IMG/VR virus record: IMGVR_UViG_3300038701_001599 | Location: 1-64,000 of that record | Reading direction: 5' to 3' (one strand) | DNA from: a virus | DNA length: 64,000 nucleotides | Shown here: in pieces, positions 42,278 through 54,200 of the stretch | Numbering within the stretch: the first letter of the stretch is position 1 | How the letters are laid out: every line of letters starts with the position of its first letter | Translations under genes and position numbers: made by a program | The notes under the pieces: generated by a model | What the model saw: the letters and a program-made list of their open reading frames with translations, nothing else | The model's database searches: none | Told to the model about the DNA's origin: nothing

Positions 42278-45200
42278 TTAACAGTTTTTTAAATATTGTT
42301 CAAATTCCTCCAAAGTAGTAAACTTTTTCTTTTTAGCTATTATTTCGTATCCTTTTCTAAATTCATCATAAGTCATAGAAGGATTTTTTGCAGTTAACTT
42401 TTCTTTAAAAGTGTCCCAAAGACTTTCTAATTTAGCCTCAACTGACTCTGTAGGTATTTCTGTAGGCACTTTAGTTTCAGAAACTTGGTTTTGTTTAAAA
42501 TTAGTAGACGGTTGTGTACCAAACTCATATTGAGTAAACATCTTTCCACTAGTTAATCCACCTTTCTCTCTTGTTTTATAAGTACCTAAAGCTTCTGTAG
42601 GTGCATAAATAGCAGCTTTATCTCTAGTACTTTTTAAAGTTAATAATACTGTTTCTTTATTTACTGTAGCTTTAATATAATTTACAAATTCTCCGTCTTT
42701 ATTTAAAAATTCATTACTTTCATTTCCTATAACAACATATTGTAATTTATTATTTTCTAATTTAAATGTTCTAATATTAGATTTATTTTCAATATCTGCT
42801 CTAGGTATATAAGCTAAACTTCTAAAATGGTTTCTTACAAACTGATGAAAGAAATGACTAACATATTGAGAGTAGGCTCCAACACCATTATCTTGATCTA
42901 CCTGTATTGCTTCTGCTGCTTTAATCTGATGCTCCATATTTTTATTAAAATCAGGCAAGAAATCAGTATAAAACCCAACAGGTTGCAAATGACTAAAACT
43001 TTGAGGAGATATTCTAAATCCTGCTACCATAAAAGAATACTTAATTAAGTCTTTAGCTAAATCAGAATATTTATAATCTCCTGATAATGCTGTATCATCA
43101 TATAACATACTTTCCCAAGTATCTCTAATTACGTCTACTACTTTTTTATCTTGTCCACTAATACCAGTATAAACAATATAAGTAATATTATTGTTTTTGT
43201 CTACATCTAAATTTAATCTATTTAGTAATGGAGAATATTTATCACTATAATTACTGTTTAAATCTTTAGCAGTACTTAAGTTTTTACTAATAGTAGCTAT
43301 TAAATTCTTATCAAAAGCAAAGAAAGGATCAGTACTTGCTAAATAATCTAAATAGTTTTTATTTATAAACTCAATCTCTTTAACTGTTAAGTTAGTATCT
43401 GCTTTATAGTTATTAAACATTTGTCTTAGTAAATAAAAAGCCCCAGTGTCTCTGTCTGGTAAATATAACTCTCCTTTATTTCTATCACCAATAATTAATT
43501 TTCTACCATTTTCAATAACCCTATTTAAATGATAAGGAAATAAATCAGTACGATTTAATAATTCTTCAGCTCCTTCTAAACCTTCAAAATTGTAGGCTTC
43601 AAGTTGGTCTAATCTATATAAGTTATCAGAGTCACTAGGGCCTAAACCTTGTTCACCTATTTTAACAGCGGTAACTAAATTAGAAATAGGTTTAGATAAC
43701 TTTTTATAAATTAAAAAAGTTTTTAATAACTTAGCAGACGTATCAGAATCTAATTTAGTAGCTACGTTATCTTTTAGAAAATCTGTACTAAACTCAGTTA
43801 TATTACCAGAATTAACATTCTTCTTTCCTATATTAAACTCTTTCTTATTTATTCCTAACTTTAAAGCCGCTTCTTCTTTGGCTAAATTCTCAGCTTTTAC
43901 ATTAGCCCCATTATTAAAATAACTAATGGTAAAATCTTCAATTACTTCTTGTGATAAAAAGTATTGAATAGTATCTAAATCAATTCCAGACAAAGCCATT
44001 CCCATAGCTACATCAATAGTATAACTATTTATATTAGAATACTTAGCTTGTGGGTCTTTTCCGTTATCTACAAATGCTGCAAGAGTTTCTGATATAACTT
44101 TAGTAATTAACTTAGATTTTCCTACTACATATTGTAAGTTTAAGTCTGAATATTCTTTACCATCAAATTTAAAAGGAGTCTTTAATTTAAGAGTAGAAGC
44201 TAATTGAAAAATAGCGTGAGCTGCATTAGCATTAGCACTGACACCAATCAAAGCTTTACCAGTTAAGTTTCTATCTGATATTTCAGCATGGGTACTAGGA
44301 GACATTACATTTACTTTTTCTATAAATTCATCTCCTTCTTTAGTAAACTTTCTTTTACCAGACTCCATTTTAGCCTCATTAATAACATTATTATTTGCTT
44401 TGATAGTATCGAAATTACCAGGAGATAAGAAAGATTTAGTTCCTTTTGTACTTTCTAAAACTGATCTCATTAATTCTAGCTTTCTATTATCTCTAGTTTT
44501 CTTGTTATCTAAAGTATTAGGATTAATCTTTTTATTCTTATGGTCTGCATTATAAAAGAATCCATATACTTTATCAATGTCGAAATCCAAGCCAGCTATA
44601 GTAGTAACTTCAGGTGGAAGTACAATAGTACCACCAGTTTCTTGCGGTAAGAAACCTTTAATTCTTATACTAAAAGTAGAATATTTATCTTCATTAGGAA
44701 TCCTCCAAACTATTCCTCTTAATGCTTTTTCGCTAGCACCTTTTCCATAGTCTTTATCAAACTGTTTCTCATTAAATTTACCATTTTCATCTATATAAGG
44801 ATATAATTTTTTATCATATACAGGCGCATAAGCTTCCATATAATTTAAACTACCGTCTTTATTAAATACTAATTTAGGTTTATCTCTAAAGCCATAAGAG
44901 GACATATTAGCTAATGTAACGCCATTTGTTAACTCTTGCCTTGTTACACCCTTAGTAAATAAAGAATTAAGCATAGACTCGATTCTATACAGGTGTAAAG
45001 GATGCCATAATGGTAGTTTAGTATTTATAACTTCTGTTACATTACCGCCTACATCAGTAACTTGTTCTTTCCAATAATCTAATGCTTGTAAGTATTGATC
45101 TCCTAAATCTCTTTTTATAACTTCTTCTCTTAAAGTATTTATTAAAGAATCAAAGTTATCAAACTTTTTAGAAACTTTAGAATAGCTTTCTTGTATATCT

Positions 45201-48200
45201 TTAATTATTACTTCATTATATTTCTCTAACCATTCTGCACCAGTTATCATGTTACTTGGATTATCTGGATCTCTATAAATTTTGCTATCCATTTCCAAGT
45301 CATTTAACATGTGCTTTCTAACTTGAGTAGCAAATACTACTTTATCATTAACATGGTGAATAGGAGTCTCCATTTGAAGTCTCCAGTCTGAATTATTAAA
45401 TTTATGAGTTTTTGCCTCTTTAATATTATCAGACTCCCCAAATAGTCCTAATTTAATAGCGCTATCAAATACAAATTGATCTGTTAAATTATTATTAGGC
45501 GCTCTTCTTTTTGCTTCAAATTCTTCAATATTATCTATAGTACCATTTTCATTATATCCCATATCTAATAACATCTCTTTAAACTTAGAGTTATAAAAAG
45601 TATTATTAGGATTAGCAAAAGCAGGAATAATTATAGCTTCACTATTTTTATTTTGTACGGGATAAACTTCTTTAGTAGCATCATTATAATGGAACCCAAA
45701 GTAAAATGGCTTATTAACATTAAATAATTCAAGATTTTCCATATCCTGAATATTAAATTCTCCTTTAAGAAGTCTTCTATAAGACTGCTCCTTAGTATTA
45801 CTCCACCTATGTAATCCGTCCTGTTGTTCTTTATATCTAAATAAATCAATATAAGATTGAGCGTCAGTTTCATCTACTCCTTTTTCATAAGGAGCTGCTA
45901 CTTTTTTAGCAACAGACTCATCACCATATAAAGCTAATGCTGCAGCATATATAGCATCATAAGAAGACTCTTTCATATTTTTATCTATAGCATTAGTCTT
46001 TAGAATCTTGGCATTAAAATTAACTCTAGTTTGAGTAGTATCAAGATAAGTACCTGGACTCCATATCTGTTTTGCCCTCTTATAGTAATCCCCTACGTTT
46101 TTATAGTAAGACAAATCACCATTAAATAAACCAGTAAATTGATTTTGGAATAACATAAAATTAGCTACAAAGTGTTCTGCAAATACTTCTACCGGAGTAT
46201 TATTAAGTAAATCATCTTTCCACTCATACTTATCTTTTTCAGAATTATAAGATATAATATTTAATTCTTCCATCTTAGTTCTTTCTGCTATAAGAGTATT
46301 GTTATACTGCTCCTCTACTACTTCAGCTAGTATCTCTCTAATCCTATCTTGATCTTGTTCTAAATCTAGTGATAATAATTCTTTCTTTTTATTCAATCCT
46401 TTAAAAGTTGGAGTATTAGACTCTAATACATCAAAAAATAAGAATTTAGAATTACCATTAGAATCTCTATTTTTACTCTTCTGATTTTTAGTAGTAGTTC
46501 TATCTAAATTAACTCTTACTAATTCTTGATATGCTGCATCATTTAAATAATCTAATATTCCCTTTTGGCCTGTTTCCTTAGTATTTAAATTCTTAATAAC
46601 AGGAATTTCTATAGCAGTCATAGTAGGAGAATCAGCATGTACTGGTAATGGTAAATAAGCTTTATTTCCTACATGGTTAGAATTATAATAAAGCATTAAC
46701 AGATTAATATATAATTGTCTTTCTGACATATTACTATATTCTGTAGGAAGGCTTTCTCCAACCATTTTTATTTCTGATGGTATAGCAAAGTTAATCTCAT
46801 TTGGATTTAAATAATAATCTATATTATTAGGAGTTTCACTATGTCCATTCTTTATAAGATTTAATAAAGGAGAAAACTGATAGTACATATCTTGTTGTAA
46901 AGACTGTATCTTTTTAATACCTGCTACTTTATCTTTTAATTCTAGTATAGTCCTTCCTAAGAAATTAGAATCAAGCCATTCATAAACTTGACCTCCAGTA
47001 GAATTTTTATGTGCATCTTGTACATCATAATCATATCCACTAGATATTTGCTTTACAAAATTTTTAATACCATCGTTACCTTCTTCTATAGGGTCTTTAC
47101 CGTTAGCAATATTTTCAATAAAAGAATAAATAGAGTTAGTTTTATTAGTCATAACTTTTCTAAAGTCTTTATTATTTCTATCATTAGCATATTCTAAAGC
47201 CTCTATAGGAATACTTAAATTAATACTTTGCAAAGCTTCATAGAAAGATTCTAATATATTATCTGGAAGTTTTTTACCAGCATTATTAGAATAATGATTC
47301 TTAATAACTTCTTTTATTTTATTAAACTTAGAATTTACTTCTTTAGCCTTTTCTACATTAGGCTTACCTGTACTAGTAAACAGAGAAGAATTAGTAAATA
47401 ATGATCCTACTAAATTTTCCGTAATTTTATTTACTTTACTTACAGCATTAGTTGGTATTACTTTACTTCTTACCTTACCTCTATCTTTATCTTGTATAGC
47501 AGAAACAAATTTAGGATGTTGCTTCTGTCCAATATGTATCCAAAGTAATCCTAAGAAATCATTATCACTACCATAAGTATCCATTATATATTTAAACATG
47601 GGCTTAGATAAAGCAGCAGTACGTAACTTATTTTCCATATTAAGCCTACTAAAAGAGTTACCTGCTACTTGTTGTACTTGTCTATATACATGGCCTAAGT
47701 TGTAATGCTTATTAAAAGATAAGAATCCTTCAACAGGAGTAACTTCAGTTTTACTAGTATCTGACCATTTAACTACTGGTATTTTATTAAACTCAAATTT
47801 TAATTTCTCTCCTAATTTGTCTAGCTGAGATATAGTAAAAGATAATATTTGCCAAGCTTCTCTCATATCATTTTCTTCTACAAAGTCAGTATTATCTGGC
47901 TCTATCTCAGCCCTTCCAAACTCGTCTTCTTCTAATTTCCTTGTGTCTAAATTAATTATAATACCACGACTACTTAAATTCTTTAAAATATCAAAAGCTA
48001 ATAGCTTAGGTCTTAAACTAATAGTACCATCTTCTTTTTCTACTGGTACAGCTAATGCATTAAGAAAGTCATTAAATTGCTGTGCTGTCTCTTCATCTAA
48101 TATATCTTGAGAATCTAACTCAGCCATTCTATCTAATACTTTATTATATACTGAGTTTTCATTATCTAATGATAATATTAAATTATCAGCTAAATCTTCA

Positions 48201-51200
48201 GCAGTTACTTCTGCTTTACTAGGAAATAATAAATTATTTTTTACTATGTCTTTAATTGGAGTATCAGGATTTTGCTCTCTAAAAGTACTTAATACATCAT
48301 CTAATACAGAAGTCATAGTATCTATAACTCTCTGATATTCAGCAGGATTAGGATATAATGGATGCTTTTTAAACTTAGGTAGTATACTAGAAACATCTCT
48401 TTTAAATTCTTTATTAGCAAATTGTCCCTCATTAATTCTCCAAAATAATTGATCTATTGTAGGTTTATTATTAACTAAAGATTGTATAAACTCTAGTAAA
48501 TTTTTAAATACTCTTTTTATTCTAGAAGGCAGACTAATAGAAGTTTTAGAATTTTTCCACTTTTTAAAGTTTTCAATATCTTGCTTAGTACCTAAACTAT
48601 AAATATTTTCTGAACGAGGAGTAAAGTAGTCTAAGTTACCTATATCCCACTTAGTCTCTGCATTTTTTAATATAGCTAAAGTAATGTTTTTACTAACATC
48701 AGCATTGGCCTCTGTATCTAAAATAGATCTAGAATATTGTTCTGCTAAATCCCTTTTTGCAGTAAAGTAAAAGTTTAAATCTGATGGAGTACCAAATCCT
48801 TCTCCAATAAAAGAACTATCAAATTGTTCAATAACGCCTTCTTTATAACTACCGTGATATAAGATATTAGAAAACTCACTACCTGAAAAATTACTACTTA
48901 AATAATCTAAATATTCAGTAGTAGTTCCAACCTTAGCTAATTCTTCGTTATTTTTAAATAGAAAATTTACTGCGTTTTTATTATGAAAAGAATGAGTCTT
49001 TGTAAATTTATTTTGAGACTTAACATATTCCATAAAATCATCTGCTAATTTTTCTTCTAATACTAAATCTTTAGCTTCTGTTTCTGAAATATCAATACCA
49101 GACTCTTTTACTTGAGCTATCATATCAGAAACTTCTTTAGAACTAACATTATATCTTTTATCTGCTGCCCTTAATATTCTACCTGCCTCCTTTTCAGAAA
49201 GGTACATATTAAATACAGCGTGGAAAGCTTCGTGATAAGTAGTACCAGCTTGAGCAGACTCTAGTAGATGTATAACACCATTATAAAATGCACCATATCC
49301 ATTTATTCCAAACTGCTTTAAAAATGTTAAAGAGTCGTATACTTTATTACTTACATTTGGTAAATTTTCTTTTAACCAAGCTAGTTCTTCTTCTTTATTC
49401 CATACTTCTCTAGGCTTATTTGAATCTACTGTTTTAAATTTAGGAATTTCAACTCCTAGTTTTTCTAATTTATTTGATACATCCCATACATAAGGATCAA
49501 CAGATGTACCTATAGATTCTGGATTAAACTCAGTAGACTCTGAGTCTGGTAATACAAAAATAACAGAGTCAGAATTTAAATTTGGTTCTACAAAGCTTTT
49601 CCAATTTTCAATAGATACACTAACACACCCAAAACTAGCTTTATTGTCTTCTATATTACTTGACTTTAAATTCTTAATAGTGCTCTTAATATTAGGGTGA
49701 AATGCGTTTATAAGACCTCCAGAATTAGTTCCTTCTAGGGCGTAAATATATTCAGACCCGTAATCCGTATTGTCTAACTTACTTAATTTAAAAGTTCCTG
49801 CAGGAGTAATTTTAGGAATTCCTAATTGATTATAATAATTATAAGGATTCTTAAATTTAGCTTTACCTTCTGGTGTTAAATTTTCCCAAGCAATACTTAC
49901 TTTAAATTGTTGATCTCCATAGTTTGCTCCAAAAATACTTGGAAATTCTTTTACTAAATTATTAGAAGAGTCAAATATTAAAACTCTGGCATTGGGTTTA
50001 TCTGCAATAACATAACCAGACTTTAATTCTCCTTTGTTAAAATTGTTTTGCTGTAAAGCATATACTTTTGCAGCATTTCCTGTTAGTGTAAGATTATCTA
50101 CAGATATACTATCTTGATAATTAATAACACCATTAGCAGCTCTAGTAAAAAACTCAGATTTTTCTATTTTAGTATCAGGAGAAATAAATGCAGTATTAGT
50201 AAAATATAAACTAGAAATAACTGCTACGGATAATATAGCTTTAGAAATTTTCTTAATAATGTCTTTAATTTTAGACATGACTCTCTTACCAGTATTATAA
50301 TTTACTACTTGATTAGAAACAAATTTTTCTAAAGTAGAATTATCTTGACTATTTGATACATCCTGTTTAGCTTCTTCATAGGCTTCTTCTAAGGCTATTT
50401 TTTCTTTAGTAAGTAAATTTTCTACTTGCTCTCTAATTTCTTTTAGAGCAGGAACTTTAGGTTCCTGAGGAGTATCTTTTTTAGTAGCTCTCTTCCTACG
50501 CATCATTTCTAAAGGAGATAGTACTTTTCCTTCTACTGGAGATTCTCCTGTTTCAGTTGGCTTACTTTCTATAGTAGTTTCTGGAGTGTTAACTCTCTTT
50601 TTGTTGTCAACTACTTTTGAAACATCAAGTGCCTTATTTACTTCTATTATTTGTTCTTGAGTAGATTGTAAGGGTTGTTGAGTACCTTCTACTGTAGTAG
50701 TACTTACAGAAGGAGTAACTTTACTTAAAATCTTTTCTCTAGTTTTACCACTCTTGAATCTCTCTTTACCTTTAGTAGTTTTACCTAAAGATATGATTCT
50801 ATTATCTGGTAACACATAATAAGAAGTATTAGCATGGTCTACTTTTCTACCAGGGTCATAATCTTTTTTAACTAAATACTTATTAATAGTAGACTCGTCA
50901 GTAACCTCATTACCATTATCGTAGAAGTATTTACCATCTTTTTCAGTAATAATAAATTGCTCTACTTTAATTCCTTTAGTTGTATCTTGGTCTGTAGGTA
51001 CTTGAGTTTCTAAAGAAGCTAATTCTGCATCATATTTAGCGTTAATTTTATTATAAGTAGTTTCTTGTAATATATATTTGCCAGCACTTACACTAATACC
51101 AAACTTTTCTTTTACTAATTCACTTATTTCTTCAAAAGTTTTTCCTACCTTCATTAGTGCTTTAACATAAGATTGCGCTTTCTTAGAATCCTTTCTATCT

Positions 51201-54200
51201 AATTTTTTAACTAAATCATTCCTAATTTCTATCCAGCCTTGTACTCTAAATCCAAGTTCTCCTTCAGGAGTTAACTCAAGTTCTACTAATTCGTCACCTT
51301 TATATTGTTTGTTCGCTTTAGATAATTCTTCTTTCCTTCTTTTTTCTATATCTTTCTTTCTCTGCTCTATATTTTTAGGTACTTCTTTTTTAGCAGCTTC
51401 TTTCTTCTTAGGTTGTTCCTTTTTACGTAGAGTATTTAAATCTACTTGAAACTTAGGAGATGCAAAATTATTTTTAGGAACAAGATCACTTTCTAATCTT
51501 TCATTAGCTACAGTCTCATTATAATTACCTATATTAACTTTTTTATGATCTATCTGTAGTGGCCTATTATCCATGTCATAAAACATATAATAGTTGTAAG
51601 CATAATGTAATTCAATATTGCCTTGTGCCATTGCTTCATTTAAAAACTCTGCACTTGTACTTTCTCCTACTTTATTAAAATTACTATCTAGTTTTTGTAC
51701 TTGCCATTTACCATTTACTTTTTCCGTAAGTTGATAATTAGTATTACTAGTAGTATCTACTAATATCATACCTTCAGTTAAACCTTTTGTAGAATATTCT
51801 ACACCTTCAGAGTTCTTTTGAATAGAAAAATTAGCACCTCCTAATTGAGACTTAAATTGAATCTTACCATCAGCTAATACAACTTTTACTCCTGAATAAA
51901 TATCAGATAAATTATTATCAAAATCTGGAATTAGCTTCTTAACACCTTTTTTATTAACTACATTAAACTTTATAATTTCTGCTGCAGCATCTTTTTTAAA
52001 CTCTCTAATTAAGTTTAATAGTTTATCTCTAAGTCTTGGTACACTTTTTACAGGCTTACTAAATACTCTAATAGGGATTAAATCATTATTAGCATTACGT
52101 ACTAAAACATAAGGTTGTCCTGTAGTAAGTCTTCCTTTTTTAATAGGTTTATCTTTAGCAAACTCTGCTAATTTAGAGTTGGGCGGCTGTAAATTATTTT
52201 CCCTATTATCTTCTACATTAAGATTTAAATGAATGTCATAACTATCAAAGTTACCAGGAATATTATACCCAACTCCAAGTATTAAAGGATTATTATCATT
52301 AATAACACTCTTAGGATTATTTCGTTGACTCTTATCATAAAAAGTGTTAAATCTACCGCCTAGTATTTTCCCTATTTTAGTAGACTTAGAATATCTGAAA
52401 GTCTTAGACTCAGTATTAGGAGTTCTATTATTTGCTATTAATTCATTAAATATCTGTTGTCTTATCTCTTTGTAACTATCTTTTGAGTACTCTTTAACTG
52501 CTGGCATAACTCCAATTACTGTTCTAACTCCATTAGGGTAAATAACATAATCTATTCTAATTCTACCAGACTGTTGAGTAGCATTAAAATTATCTTGAGT
52601 ATCAATTTCTATAAAGACTTCTTCGTCTTTATATTTATATAATTCTTTAACAGCGTCAATATTATAGTCTCTAATTACATTTCCAAAAGTAGATTTAATA
52701 GGGTATCCTTTACTATCTTTTAATGGATAATACTCATTAATTCTAAGCTTTTTAGGAATATGATACTGATTAATACTAGAAGAGTCTACTTTATGATACA
52801 AATAATCTCCATTACCGTCTCTAACTTCTTCTACAGCATCTACAGGAATAAACCCACCTTGAATATGATTTAGGTAAATCCCCCACTGCCCTTTAAATTT
52901 TTGAAATTTAAATAAACCAGTATCATATACTTGAGCATACGATTGGTCTTTACCATCTTCATTTTCAAAGGTTTGTTCTAATTCTTCACTTTCAGAATTG
53001 TTAATTTCTTCAATTTGTGGAACCTGTTCTACTTCGGAAAGTTTTGCTTCTTTCCTAGTCTCATTTTCTACAGACTCATTAAGAATCTGCTTTATAGGTT
53101 TTTCTTTAGGAGTAGTTTGAGTAGTTGCAGGCTCGGGTTCAGCAGGTTCTTCTTGTACAGGTGTATTCTCTGGTACTTTTTCTGGTTGTTTAATACTTAT
53201 TTTTATACCAAAACCATTTTCAGCAACGTATTTTTTTAATTTATTTCTTTCTTTAATATCCTTTTTATAAGAAACATTCTCATCAATAGGAAGACCCAAT
53301 GCTTTGTTTAGTTCAGCAGCAGTAGCATCTAAATATGGAATAGACTTTTTAGGTAACTTTTTACTATTCCATTCTTTATTTAACTTATTAGCCGCTTCCT
53401 CAAGTTTTGACTGTAGTTCAGCGGATGCTTCCGAGTTAAAAGTCCATTGTGTTTTAGCTTTATCTGCCCACCCATCTTTAATAACCCAGTTAGATAATCC
53501 ATAAAAAGGATACCAATTTCCTGCTTGTTTTCCACTAGTTCCTGAAGAACTTCTATAAAAACCGTAAGTTTTACCATCTATATTTACAAAAGTAACTTCT
53601 CTGTCAATTGCATCATTGTCAAATATAGTATACTCTTTACCTTTAATTATTACAGGAACAACTGTTTCTCTTAATGATTTAGGTATAGGTACTGTTGAAG
53701 GTCTTTTAAGTTTTTCTATTAAAGATTCTATGTCTCTTATTTCTTGTTGTATAAGAGGCCCTTGTGATTTTTTTGCAGTAGCTTTCTCATTTTTTAACTT
53801 AACTATTTTAGCTTCTAACTCAGCAATTTCAGCTTTTATATCAGCTTCTCCTTCTGTATTTTTTACATTAGGAGTACTTTTACTTTCTTTTGCTTCGGGT
53901 TTCCCTTTACTCTCTTCCTTAGCTTTCTTTGCGGCTTCTTCTTTTTGTGCTTTAGCAGCTCCTTCTAGAAACTTTTTACCTTTTTCTTCATTAGTAGTCT
54001 CAGTAGTAGAAGCAGGGCCTAATTTAGAAATTAATTCATCCTGAGTGTTTACATTAAACTTTCTTTTTCTAGCAAAAGGCTTGTCTTTGTAGTAGTCTAA
54101 AATAGTATCTACATCCGTAGTTATAGGTTCCTTAGTATTACCAACCTCTGCTTTAGCCTTATTATTTTCAACAGCTTTAAGTATATCTAAAGCTTCTGTA

